Below, piece by piece: positions 12,855 to 26,002 of a stretch of DNA of 64,000 nucleotides. Source of the stretch: Tubiluchus corallicola (lineage: Eukaryota > Animalia > Priapulida); assembly GCA_030141605.1 (NCBI GenBank), contig JAQGDQ010000102.1:310961-374960 (forward strand), written 5' to 3'. The notes under the pieces are model-generated. The model saw only the letters and a program-made list of their open reading frames with translations. It was not told where the DNA came from and searched no databases. The position numbers and the translations under genes were made by a program. Within the stretch, counting starts at the first letter, position 1. Each line of letters starts with the position of its first letter.

Positions 12855-13160
12855 CGGTATAACGAGATAATATACTAGGTAGTGTATCGTTATAAAAACG
12901 TAGTATCTTGTTATAACGTCATAATGAAATAGTAAGTCTTTATAATGAGTTGGTATCTCGATGTAACAAGATAGCTATGTCGTTATAATACGATGTCTTT
13001 ATGCCTTATAGGAAAATAGCTACGTCATTGTAACGAGATATTAAATCGTTATAACGAGGTAGTATTTCGTTATAAACTTAACTAAACCAACCAAACTAAA
13101 TTAATGAAGTAGTAAGTCATTATGACAAGACAGTTATATCGTTATAACGAGATAGTTATA
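12855..13160. repeat. Degenerate ~22-bp tandem repeat built on the palindrome CGTTATAACG(AGATA)
   Basis: About ten recurrences of variants of GTTATAACGAGATAG. Confidence 0.7.
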
Positions 13161-13629
13161 TCTTTCTTCAAATAATAAGGAGGAGGACGGTGACGGTGAC
13201 AATAACAATGGTGTAGATTGGCGACAGCTCCACTGCACATTGAAGTCCTGCTTGCGCATACAATAGAAAAGCATCGCAAAAGTTAATTTTGATTTAAATA
13301 ATAAGCAGTCTAATTTTAGACTTTTGTTTGCCGCCTAAACAATTTCATTTGTGATAAAAATGAACAATAGTTTCAACGTCTTTCAAAAAAAACTATGAAA
13401 TAAAATAAGACTTGGATCTAAGAGACTAACCAAAACGAAGACTAGCTAAATCTATACGCAACTTACAAAAAATGAATAAAAACAAGAAATCTAACTCTAC
13501 TGTGAACATTTTGTTCAGTGGAAGACATTGACTCACTCCTCCATCTTTGCAAGATTCACTACGAATTGTTGTAACAAGCTAAATGGTATGTACTACATCT
13601 CCATTATCAAAGTTCTTTATTACGTTATA

Positions 13630-14280
13630 CAGGGTGGATACGAAAAAGCATTTTAAAAATGCCTTGGAGCCGAGAATTTTAATTCAATTTGTATATAAAT
13701 TTAACGAGGTGAATTAGAAACATTTTCGGTACTACTATATAATGTTTTCTAAGAAAGTTTAAAAAGAAAGCATTTTGTGCTTGAAGTAGTCATTAAGGAA
13801 ACTAAATATTCGTGTCATTGTCTTTCCTTTTTAGACGCGTCAGCTTCATCTTGTTCATTCTCAACTTCATATCATTTTTTTCTCAAAATCTCTGAATTTT
13901 GAAAAATAAACCCAAGCCATATTTACAAAGAAGACAAAATGATTATTATACGCTACGGAATTCATAAATGGTGTGGCGCAAAAAAGCCGATGAGGAAGTT
14001 TCCAAAGGAAAACTTTGCGTTACTGGGACACACGAGAGAAGAAAAGAATTCACATTTCTGTAAAAAATAAAATCGAATCATTGAGTAAATAAGTAAAATG
14101 AATAAAAAAAATTAATATGTCCACAAAGACGATGCAATAATACTAAGATTTGTTTTTTTATAAAATGTCTACTTTTGGGACTTTCGTATTTTACCCTGCT
14201 AAATTTATATCCAAATTAAATGAAAATTCTCGGGTCTATGGCATTTTTAAAAGGGCCTTACTTTTGTTTTGTCTACCCTG
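13630..14280 (+). mobile_element. Tc1/mariner deletion derivative
   Basis: TA|CAGGGTGGATAC...GTCTACCCTG|TA, with ~80-bp imperfect TIRs (TTTTAAAAATGCC..CCGAGAATTTT..ATATAAATTTA). An internal remnant at ~13920-14020 (KEDKMIIIRYGIHKWCGAKKPMRKFPKENF) resembles a mariner transposase N-terminus. Confidence 0.8.
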
Positions 14281-14533
14281 TAGGCCTATATAAAGCTTTA
14301 GTTCAGCCTAATAACTAACCGTTGTTTGAGTTGTTCAACCAATAGGGAAAGCGAAATATAAATCTTTTTTCTATTTCGTTTGTATCTGGTAACTGCTGTC
14401 TGTACCGGTGCCACATCTGACGGTAATATCCACTTGATGGATCCATCATGTTAAATCTCTTTTTTGCTCCACCTGGAAAAAATTTAATGCATGATTTGTA
14501 CATTTAATAACGCATTAACGTGAAACGTGATGA

Positions 14534-14910
14534 CAATAAGCCTTTTCACAGTCCCAGCGATTGATGATGATCGTGAAGAGGTCAAAGGTTCAGTGTACCA
14601 GACAACGCACTTGTGTGCACTTGACAACGCCTCGCAGCTCAAGCTACTGTAATAGTAACCGTTTTAACAGCTAGCTAAAACCCAGTTCATTTTTTCTTGT
14701 TCCCAAGCAATATCTTGCTAGTAAGTCACTCTACGCACACACTAATGCATTATTAAAACAAATGAAGTTCCTGAACTGACGCGGCAGACGATTTTGCTTT
14801 ACCCACATGCCACGTGACGGTTGTAGCAAAGATGCGTTCCTGTGGTACACTTAATCTTTGACCTACAACAACTGCGCGTGCGCACAACAAAACTGTGAAA
14901 AGGTTTATTG
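14534..14910. mobile_element. MITE with terminal and subterminal inverted repeats
   Basis: TIRs CAATAAGCCTTTTCACAGT and ACTGTGAAAAGGTTTATTG (18/19 match). A second inverted pair is AGGTCAAAGGTTCAGTGTACCA (~14579) and TGGTACACTTAATCTTTGACCT (~14843). Confidence 0.7.
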
Positions 14911-15726
14911 ACGGATAACATCATGAAAATTTGCTCAATTGTCACAAATTCTTCACTCATCCATAAACCATAGATGTTGCAAAAGAGAGAGAAGGACTGA
15001 AGAAAAACAGTGACAGGAAGATTTCAGTGCAATTTATAAACTTAGTTCCTCTTTTATGAAAAATAGAGTTAATTTTTTGTGTTGCAAAGCATACGCCTAA
15101 TTTTACTCATTTCTTCTAGCCATTTCTTATTTAAGAATTGTACTGCAGATTCATTAAAACATGTGTCATTATTCTACAAGTTTATTTTTGACAGCATTTG
15201 TGCGGAGGTTTCGGGGTTTTTCGATCGGTTATGGGGAATTCTGGTGTTCTTTTTATGATAAATTACTCAGATTACTGATCGTGAATCGATTAGCAATTTT
15301 TGCTCTTGGTCGCCCCCGCTTTTCCCATTTGCCCTTTCTTGACTGTGTAATTCTGGCTGCATTACTGAGTTATGAGATACAAAAAGAAAAAATACGCCTT
15401 TAATCTCTATGTTTATAGCTAATGAAGCCATATAGTACAGAACGGTTTCTTTGGCGTTAGGTGCATCAAACTTAACCATAATGCGCTATTCTGGCTTCTC
15501 TTTATTAACTCAAACACACAAAACGTGTTAGCATCTTACCCGCCTTTTGGACTTTTATGAGTTATGATTTTGTGTTGGCGGTGTGTTGTCTTTGTGTTTG
15601 TCTTTGTGTTGAGTTGTGTTGTGTTTTTGTGCTCTTATTGTAATTATGAATAATTTATTTTTATGCATGTACGATATTCTCTATAATATAATAGCACTAT
15701 ATAATTTAAGTTCTTTACCTGGAATA

Positions 15727-16055
15727 AATTTCTCTCATCTCATCTTTTAATACCTTACCTTATCTTACCTTGCCTTACCTAACCTCACCTCACCCTACCT
15801 TAACTCACCCTAGTTCATCTCACCCTACCTCACCTCACCCTACCTTAACTCACCCTAGGTTAACTCACCCTACCTTAACTCACCCTACCTTAACCCACCC
15901 TAGCTTAACTCACCCTACCTCACCTCACCCTACCTTAACTCACCCTACCTTACCTGACCCTACATTACCTACCCTACGTTACCCTATCGTACCCTAACCT
16001 ACCTTACCTTATCTTACCGTTCCTTACTTTACCTTACTGTACATTATCTTACCTC
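15727..16055. repeat. Degenerate pentamer repeat (CCTTA/CCTCA/CCCTA)
   Basis: Directly visible. Confidence 0.9.
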
Positions 16056-16259
16056 ATTCTAATATTTGCAACAAAGTGATGTTGCAGTGTGCAACAACAT
16101 TCCATCGCGTTGCAATCCAGGTCTGTTTCAGGTCAGGTCTATTTCAGTAAGTCAAGTCATGCTGAAAGATCCATCACATTATTGAATGCAAGTTAAGTTC
16201 ATTGAATCATTAGTTATAAGTTTATTAATTTCCACACTGCATCTTACAGCAATAATTAA

Positions 16260-16610
16260 AATACAGATAATTTTCCACTGAAGTAAATATAAATACAAAT
16301 GCAATATAATCCAGAAATTACAAGAGTCTTATGCAGCATCTACACGTGCAAATTACATTACAAAATCATTTTGATGCATACAGTTTTAGGCTAAAGCATA
16401 GCTTGACAGGCCAAACTGTACGTGGAAATCTTAAAGAAAGGATGAAAAAATAAGATAGTGATAATATATACATAGATGTGGGGGGAGTAGTGAAATGGAG
16501 CGAGATCTAGGAAAAACTGTGATCATGATTATAAAGTGTTCAGTAACCTGTTAAAGATAGTCACGTTTTATTAAGATTACAGTGGAAAAAGAATGTAGGA
16601 GATTACCATT
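16260..16610 (-). mobile_element. Interspersed repeat, inverted paralog of 9170-9530
   Basis: Reverse-complement similarity as described for 9170-9530. Confidence 0.55.
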
Positions 16611-18239
16611 ATCGTCTGCTAATGATAGTTACGGCATATGACTTACTTTCAGTATTAGTAGTCAATAATGAAATAATTATTAAATTTTTGAAACCAAACT
16701 CGACTGAAAGAAAAGAAATGCAAAAAAGTCGGGACTAAGTCTGGAAATGAACTAGAAACTTTTGGTTTATAAGTTCAACACCATAGCCGTCGGATTGTTT
16801 GATGAGGCAATAGGATTGAAACAAAGTTTTCATGGTCACAAGGGGGCCGTTGCTATTCACGTGACCACTATGACTAGGCCCCTAGTTTAAATTCAGGTTC
16901 AATCCTGACTCTTTCACATTATCCGTAAAGTCTGGTTTTGAAAAAATATTAATTGTGGGTTAATTGTGGTTTCATGATTCCACTAATACTACGGCAAAAC
17001 CTAGGAATATCAATGAGCTTCAAATTAATCCTTTTTCTTACATTCTTCTTTTGAATTTACAATGTGTCTTCTACCTCAACAAATAAGGATGTTCTATACA
17101 ATAAGTTATCCATATTTATGTCATCCTCGGCTGAAACCACTTTAACTGGGGCGTGGTTAGACGGATAAGCTCTTTCATTTAGTGCTTCAAAGACTTGCAC
17201 TCTTTTGATGCAAGGCCTATAATTATCAAGCTATTTTATATACTTTGTCTATGTCAAGCTGCGATATATATCCATTTTTCATTCTAAAAATAGCTCTACA
17301 TCCTCCTTTAAATTGCTTATTGCTTACACGCAGATGGGTTAATATCAGTGATTCTTGTTAACATACATTATTCTGATACCATGGTCACTACAAAATTTAT
17401 CAGAATTTGACATATAAATTTATATTCATTATCTGCTCGCTCTCGCATCAAGTCCCAACTCGTGAATTTGGGTCTGCTAGGATGCATACGCATCGCCCTT
17501 GCATGGTCTGCCGCGTTAATGCACATAAAATGGATATTGACGAAGGACTGAACATGAATGAAAGGGAAGTCACGTGAAGGAATGCAACAATCAGCTACCC
17601 AAACGTCTGGCAATAACTTGAACCTCACCCACACTTGGTCAACGTACTTTCATACTAAGTTCACTATTAAATGTTCGCAATAAGATTTTACCAGTAGGGC
17701 TACATCTCCACGTTGACCCGCCCCACTTATGCTAGTTGATTTAAAAACTTCAAAACCAGATACATCAAAATGTAAGCTGGACATGGTCGGATTATGAACT
17801 TTTGGGGCCCCTAGGCTAATGAAATTATGATGGGATCGATTATTATCCTCAGATGGAGCCGTCCTCTAATTCGCCACCCCCCCTCGTATTATATATTTTT
17901 ACTTGTGACATTTACATAGTTTGAAGTAACTTATTGCAAATTCTTTAAATGAACTAGAGTAGCTATCTTTTGTTTGTCAATAAAAATGTTCTTTAAGAAA
18001 TATCAGTATTTTACCTTTTATAACAAACCAAATTATCACATATTTCAACACAGCCGTAGTGAAAAAAGGATTTGTTACCAAATGTTACCAAAGTTTGAGG
18101 GTATCGAAGCTTGAGGGGCCCCAGTCTGCAGCCTATAATAACACCTTGCCGGTTCTAAAGGTGGCATTCACTGCATTTGAAAATATGAGTCAAAATGACG
18201 TCTAAGTCTACTTTCAGCAGGTTGTTCAACAGGTAGGAT

Positions 18240-18565
18240 ATGTCCGGCAAGTTCAGTATGTCCGTTAAGTACGATACGTCCGGCATGTCAGGCAAGTATA
18301 GTACATCTGACAAGTACAGCACGTCCGGCAAATATTAGTGGCTGGCAAGTACGGTACGTCCGGCATGTCAGGCAAGTATGGTACATCTGACAAGTACAGC
18401 ACGTCCGGCAAATATTAGTGGCTGGCAAGTACGGTACGTCCGGCATGTCAGGCAAGTATGGTACATCTGACAAGTACAGCACGTCCGGCAAATATTAGTG
18501 GCTGGCAAGTACGGTACGTCTGGCAAATATTAGTGGCTGGCAAGTACGGTACGTCTGGCAAGTTT
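18240..18565. repeat. 80-bp tandem repeat built from ~18-bp subunits
   Basis: CGGCATGTCA recurs at 18281, 18361 and 18441. The subunit is approximately ACGTCCGGCAAGTACAGC. Confidence 0.93.
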
Positions 18566-20161
18566 AGTCATCCGGAAGAATGTCTTCCATGAAGAACGAC
18601 GCGTCCGGCAAGTGCGTATATATGAGAAATAAATAGGAAACAAACCGCAAAGTTCGAATAACGATTGCTGTTATTGCATAATCTGGATGCATGTGTAGGC
18701 ACCCTTAGCTAAAATTTTACTATCATTACAATCACCATATTTATGCCTTAAATCTCTTTCATGTTTTTGTTAATCATCTTCTCCTTGATTTAAGGTTTTC
18801 ACGGATAACTATTTTTCTATCTCCACATGTTGACGTAGTTTTAAATTAATTTGTTAGTTACAACCTTGTATTTTCCATATATTTGATTTACATACGTAAC
18901 GCTTATATGCTGAGATAAATTAATTGAAATTCGAAAAAATACATTGTAAGTCTTTATCAAAACAATACAGAATACAACGCCCACACATGCGAGAGAAAAA
19001 CAATAAATAACTATAAATAAATAGATATTAAATTTTGAACTTTTATAAACCAAAAGTTGTGTCTAGCTTTGCTAAATCACACACACGCTTGTTAATTAGT
19101 GCCATATTTTAGCTGTTAAAAAGTAATCTCAGCAAAATTTTTTGGACAAGAACAGGATCATATATGCGGGCTCTTAGAATTTTAACTAAACCCCTGCGGT
19201 TAAACGCTTACAATAATACAACGAGCTCGTAAGGTAATAAAAACCAGAAAAGAAAAGCCCATATAAAAAAATTTTATGTATATATGTAAGAAAAGTTGCG
19301 GCTATAATAACTGTGATCGTAATTTAGTATGTAGAAAGCATTTAACGGCAAAAGAGCCGGTATACCGGTTAAACCAGTCGATTCATTATTAAATCTTATT
19401 CTCGCCGTGTACAGTTTTGAAGCTTGCTAGCGATTATCCTAAGGTAAAAAGTGCGATTTATATTTGCTTGAAAATTCGAAAAGCTTCCATTCGACTCGAT
19501 AAGATACAATTTAAAATGATATAATTTTATTTCAACACACGTGTAAAGGACGAAGCTAAATAAGGGAGCAAACGGTTTAACTTATTTTACGACATCTTTT
19601 ACATGGAAAAAGGAATTGATATTTTTATCAAAGTTCTGGAGAATATATCACACTACAGACTAGAGAGCTTTCTTTCGAGAGTTCTTTCTCTGATAGTAAA
19701 CTCGCAAGTGTGAACGGTTTTGCAAGTTCTCTCGGCAAGCTACCGGGGGGTTCTTTCCGACGGTAAGCTTGAGTTGACACTCAGCGAAACTCGTGACAGT
19801 TCTCGCAAAGCCGTTCACATTGCGAACTTAGTTCCAGAGAAAACTTGCGAAAGAAAACTCGTCAGTCTGAACGCGCAATAAGTCGGTAAAAGCATTTTTT
19901 CCATTAATTTTAGTGCAGAGAGAAAATATGGAAGTCATGTGATTGTACTTGTTTGGGCTTAAATGCCATAAGATATACTGGCTAAAACATGATTAAAATG
20001 TACTCCAATATTAGTTTCTAAGAATCACATTTAGTTAGAATCATTTTATTAAAAGTTTGTTTTCTCGGCTTACAAAATTAACAACAGAATTGCTTAAAAA
20101 TAAATGCTGTAATCCTATTTCAAATACTATATAATTCTGACGACATTCGCTCATGTTAAAT

Positions 20162-20776
20162 CAAAACCGGACCCAGTTTTAAATTGTACGTCACAACAAT
20201 CTGCTTTTTAAAATATGGAAAGGGAACACACTATTTTTTCAAGAATGACTTACGGGAAAGAATTATTACTACACAATTTCGCGTTCGCGCCACTAGTTCT
20301 TCGCTGTTACGTGCATTTCGTCATTTACTAGTTAGACGGGCACTAGCGCATGCATTTCGGAAACGCGTTGCACAAAAAACATGTGCTATACCTCTCAGTT
20401 CAGATGTGTTAGTTTGTGACCAACTACACACGTTCGACACCTCATGCATGAGCACAGCGGTAAATTTAAAGCTTGAATTTTTATCTTAAAACCTGCTTAG
20501 TTTTAATACGACACACTGAATGTCTTACAGTAGCACTGTACTTCAATTTTCGCTTTCACAAACACGTGCAACACGCTCGTTGAATATTTTTGCTGTTGAA
20601 GATTATGTTAGTTTGTGATGTCATAAATAGTTGGGCTCGACTGCCGTTAATTAGGTTTTTAATCTATTATCTAATTATCAGAAACGCTTTTGCAGTATTA
20701 ATTGTGTTAAAATTTATACTTTTTATTGGACTTGAAAATGGGGTAGCATATGAAAAATTATCCTGTCTTTCTATAA
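20162..20776. mobile_element. Interspersed repeat copy 2 (paralog of 5915-6544)
   Basis: Co-linear similarity over ~600 bp. The ORFs at 6301 and 20590 are the same non-coding text. Confidence 0.6.
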
Positions 20777-21441
20777 ATCAATAAGCATAATAATTTTCAT
20801 ATAATTTCCTTTAATACGTAATCGGAAAGTTTGGTCAAGGTCTCGATTTGGCTAAATAAGCAAAAGTAAGCAAAGTTTACGAGCCAGGTAGATAGATAGA
20901 GAGCTTCAAGGTAACTCGAATGCCCGAAAAACAATTATTATTTCAAATACTTTAACAAAATCGATGATAAAGCGATATTCGAATCAATCATTGTAATTAT
21001 AGAGTTTCGGAAGGATTAAAGTCACTCCGTAGAGCTATGAAATTCCAGCAACTATCAGTCCGGCGGCACTGTCTCTCTCTGATTATGCAAAAATCTAACC
21101 CTACTCATCTTGGATCGTGCCTGGTGTTATAAATTGCATTCGAGGGTCGCTTATAAAGTATTAAATTTAAATTTTATTGCTATGTAAAATAGTTGCTAGG
21201 CAGGATCACACCGGACGGACGGGGACTGTTAGTTTAATATCAGTCGAAGGACGACCGTTATTAATAATAGATATTTTTAAAGCCTGTCTGTCGGTTTGAC
21301 AGTATAAATTAGTTGCTAAAAGCAAAAATGAGTTTCCTGCCATGTTGTTTGAAAAATGTTTCACGGGGCAGTCTGCCTAAATGTTTTCTCATTTATGAAT
21401 AAGAAAACTTATTTATACGACTTTTTGCGTACTAATATAAA

Positions 21442-24400
21442 CTAGCAAATCCCCGCAAAAGATTTTGCGTATAAATACACGTGTAATTAATAATACGCGA
21501 ACATCCTACCTAGTCCTCATTTATAACGCAAAGCCCGTAACATCCTGCCTACTTACCTAACGCAAAGCCTGTAGCCCGTAACATCATGCCTACTACTGTA
21601 TGTCTGTTTATCTAACGCAGAGCAGCTTTTTGCTGACTTAAAGTTATAGAGTACAATGGATGACGTCACAACAATGCCTTTGCGTCAACAGTTTTCTAAG
21701 CGAAAATTGCCGAAAATGGAACCTCTAATTAACTCGCCAGTACTCCTCTCGGTGGACCTGCCCTAAAATATAACCCACATCATCGTGTAGCCCTGTCCTT
21801 CCTCTTTGTAAAGAGCTATATATCTCCTTCCTAGAGTCCCACCGGGCGACGCTAGAACGTTTTTCCCGCAGGCTGTTTGGTCAAAATTTCGAAAAAGTTG
21901 CGAGTTGGGTCCGGGAAAACGCCCGTTGCGGGGCGCCCTGGCCCTCTCGGGAATTCTAAATATGCCTACTACACCCACCGCTGAACGGGCTATCTATCCA
22001 TACCCAGGACCACCCTCGGCCCATTCCCGTTCTCTACATCTCAGCCGTATAACTTTTGCAATTTTTTGCAAAAAACGGTCGAAAAGGGGGCATTTTTGGA
22101 GGTTTTTCGCCCCTCGTTCCTCCCGGTGGGCCCGATTCGAAAAATAAACCATCAATGGCACGACACTAGATCGAGACCTTTCGTTTGATATATAGATCGC
22201 CGCAAATGGTGCCCTCGTCCGGGCTGTAGCCTCGAATCTTTTATATTAAGATACCAAGAATATTAATATAATAGACTAGCAAAGGCCCCGCAAAAGATTT
22301 TGCGTAAAAAACCACGTGTATTCAATAATACGCGAACATCCTACCAAGTCCTCATTTATAACACAAAGCCCGTAAAGCCCGTAACATCCTGCCTACTTAC
22401 CTAACGCAAAGCAGCAGCGTTTACTCGTGCCTACTGTATGTTTATCTAACGCAAAGCCAGTAGCAGCTTTTTGCTGAATTAAACTTATAGACAGAGTACA
22501 ATGGATGACGTCAGCACAATGGAATGCGTCACCACAGTTTTCTAAGCGAAAATTATCGAAATTTGCGGAAAATAATACACGCAATTAACTCGTCGATACT
22601 CCTCTCGGTGGACACCTATAGCACAAACACCAACAGCACAGCATTACAACAAAACCATTCCAAACATTTTTCACAAAGTTGAAACTATGTGCTATAATAT
22701 AATAAATAGCAAAGGCCCCGCAAAAGATTTTGCGTAAAAAACCACGTATAATCAATAACACGCGAACATCCTACCTAGTCCTCATTTATAACACAAAGCC
22801 TGGCCCTGGCCCTCTCGGGAATTCTAAATATGCCTACTACACCCACCGCCGAACGGGCTATCTATCCATATCCAGTACCCCCCTCGGCCCGTTCCCGTTC
22901 TCTGCATCTCAGCCGTATAACTTTTGCAATTTTTTGCAAAAAACGGCCGAAAAAGGGCCATTTTTTGGTTTTTTCTGCCCCCCCGTCGCCCCGGTGGGCT
23001 CCGATTCGAAAAATAAACCATCAATGGCACGACACTCGATCGCGACCTTTCGTTTGATGTATAGATCGCCAAAATGGTGTCCTCGCCCTCCATTGTAAAT
23101 TCTCGAATCTTATATATATAAAATAAATAAATATATATATATATATATATATACCAAGAATATTAATATATGGATCCATAATTAGTACCACCCTCGGCCT
23201 GTTCCTTAATTTTTCAGAAATGAGGGTATGGCGTTTTGCAAAAAACGGCCGAAAAAGGGCCATTTTGGGGTTTTTTTCGCCTCCCCCTCCTCCCGGTGGG
23301 CCCGATTCGAAAAATAAACCATCAATGGCACGACACTAGATCGAGACCTTTCGTTTGATATATAGATCGCCGCAAATGGTGCCCTCGTCGAAGCTGTAGC
23401 CTCGAATCTTATATATATATTAAGATACCAAGAATATTAATATAAGAGACTAGCAAAGCCCCGCAAAAGATTTTGCGTAAAAAACCACGTATAATCAATA
23501 ACACGCGAACATTCTACCTAGACCTCATTTATAACGCAAAGCCCGTAACATCGTGCCTACAGTTTGTTTAACTAACGCAAAGCCTGTAGCAGCTTTTTGC
23601 TGAATTAAAGCTATAAGATTATAGACAGAGTACAATGGATGACGTCACAACAATGCCTTTGCGTCAGCAATTTTCTAAGTGAAAATTGCCGAAAATAGAA
23701 CTCCTAACTAACTCGTTGATACTCCTCTCGGTGGACCTGCCCTAAAATATAACCCACATCATCGTGTAGCCCTGTCCTTCCTCTTTGTAAAGAGCCCCAT
23801 ATCTCCTTCCTAGAGTCCCACCGGGCGACGCTAGAACGTTTTTCCCGCATGCTGTTTGGTCAAAATTTCGAAAAAATCGAGAGTTGGGTCCTGGAAAACG
23901 CCCGTTGCGGGGCGCCCTGGCCCTCTCGGGAATTCTAAATATGCCTACTACACCCACCCCTGAACGGGCTATCTATCCATACACAGTACCCCCCTCGGCC
24001 CGTTCCCGTTCTCTGCATCTCAGCCGTATAACTTTTGCAATTTTTTGCAAAAAACGGCCGAAAAATGGCCATTTTGGGAGGTTTTTCGCCCCCCCGTTCC
24101 TCCCGGTGGGCCCCATTCGAAAAATAAACCATCAATGGCACGACACTAGATCGAGACCTTTCGTTTGATATATAGATCGCCGCAAATGGTGCCGTCGTCC
24201 GGGCTGTAGCCTCGAATCTTATATATATATATATATACCAAGAATATTAATATAACTAGCAAAGGCCCCGCAAAAGATTTTGCGTATAAATACACGTGCA
24301 ATCAATGATACGCGAACATCCTACCTAGTCCTCATGTATAACGCAAAGCCCGTAACATCATGCCTACTGTTTGTCTGTTTAACTAACGCAAAGCAGCTTT

Positions 24401-25071
24401 TTGCTGAATTAAAATTATAGACAGAGTACAATGGATGACGTCACAACAATGCCTTTGCGTCAACAGTTTTCTAAGCGAAAATTGCCGAAAATAGAACTCC
24501 TAACTAACTCGTTGATACTCCTCTCGGTGGACCTGCCCTAACATATAGCCTACATCATCGTGTAGCCCCGTTCTTCTTCTTTCTAAAGAGCTATATATCT
24601 CTTTCCGAGAGTCCCACCGGGCGCCGCTAGAACGTTTTTCCCGCAGGCTGTTTGATCAAAATTTCGAAAAAATCGCGAGTTGGGTCCGCGAAAACGCCCG
24701 TTACGGGACCCCGTGGCCCTCTTGGGAATTCTAAATAGGCCTATGACACCCACCGCTGAACGGGCTATCTATCCATACCCAGCACCCCCCTCGGCCCGTT
24801 CCCGTTCTCTACATCTCAGCCGTATAACTTTTGCAAAAAACGGCCGAAAAAGGGCCATTTTTGGAGGTTTTTCGCCCCCCGTTCCTCCCGGTGGGCCCGA
24901 TTCGAAAAATAAACCATCAATGGCACGACACTAGATCGAGACCTTTCGTTTGATATATAGATCGCCGCAAATGGTGCCCTCGTCCGGGCTGTAGCCTCGA
25001 ATCTTATATATAAATAAATATATATATATATATATACCAAGAATATTAATATAAGAGTATAAGAGTATAGA
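21442..25071 (-). mobile_element. Head-to-tail and nested array of non-autonomous Helitrons (five elements)
   Basis: The outer ends on the minus strand are A|TCTATACTC (25071) and CGCAAAA-TC-TTTTGCG hairpin + ~9 nt + CTAG|T (21442). Units are 21442-22275, 22276-23449 (with 22706-23174 nested inside), 23450-24255 and 24256-25071. There is no TSD. Confidence 0.9.
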
Positions 25072-25204
25072 TAGAATAGATTGCATTCTATTACCAATTT
25101 TGCACTCATGCAAGCATTTGTAGTGTGCTAGTAAATAGCATATTCCTACAAACAATATAACAAACACTTACAAAGCGATGTAAGTGGGCTTTCCGACAAG
25201 TAAC

Positions 25205-25412
25205 CAAACCCAATGAGGAACAACCAGCGCATCACAAAAATTAGAACGGTTGGTACAAACCACAATGAGGAACAACCAGTGCATCACAAAAATTAGAACG
25301 GTTGGTACAAACCACAATGAGGAACAATCAGTGCATCACAAAAATGAGGTCGGTTGGTACAAACCACAATGAGGAACAAACAGCGCATTACAAAAATTTG
25401 GTCGGTCGGTAC
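25205..25412. repeat. 52-bp minisatellite, 4 copies
   Basis: CAATGAGG recurs at 25211, 25263, 25315 and 25367. Confidence 0.95.
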
Positions 25413-25919
25413 GTTGACAAATGGCTCGACAATTAAATAGCTGTTAGTGCTAATGTTGTCTGTTAAACGAAAGATTTTAAATAACTCTACTCTGTCTTCG
25501 TTGGCTGTACTGACGTGAGGATTTTATCATTATGCCAACCTGTTTGAAAGATTTATGTAATTGGAAAAGAAAATTCTTCATACATTTAAAATATTCTCGC
25601 CACTGTAAACGGCATTCCATCTCCGTGCCACCACTGATTTACCAAAAAATACGTTATTGATCTTAATGACAGCATGTACTTAATTAGCGAACTGTCTACT
25701 ACGATTGCTAAGATTTTTCTTCAAACCTTATGCAATGTTAACTAAACTTATTCCAAATGACCGTAAAAATAGTCATCGGTCAAGGTTTACTAATCCGAAA
25801 CTAACACCAATGCGGAATAGGATTGTATGTACTGCAATTGATGTAAAATTTGAAAACCAAATCTCTTAAAAGAAAATTGGCCGATTGTGTAAACACTAGT
25901 TCTGAATAAAGAATGCTAT

Positions 25920-26002
25920 AAAATATTGAAAACTACAATAGGGTTTTTTGAATCAAAGCTTAAATTAAATAATAATTACCTCGGACACTCAGATGCTGTT
26001 AA
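25920..26002. repeat. 83-bp segment with a perfect inverted copy at 29918-30000
   Basis: AAAATATTGAAAACTACAATAGGG...CAGATGCTGTTAA is the exact reverse complement of 29918-30000. Confidence 0.95.

Noticed and set aside
21763-25167. Recurrent ORFs (MGPGKRPLRGAL..., MPTTPTAERAIYP...), also at 43125 and 56235
   Set aside because: They recur only because the Helitron DNA repeats. Frames break differently in each copy, and there are no Rep or helicase motifs.
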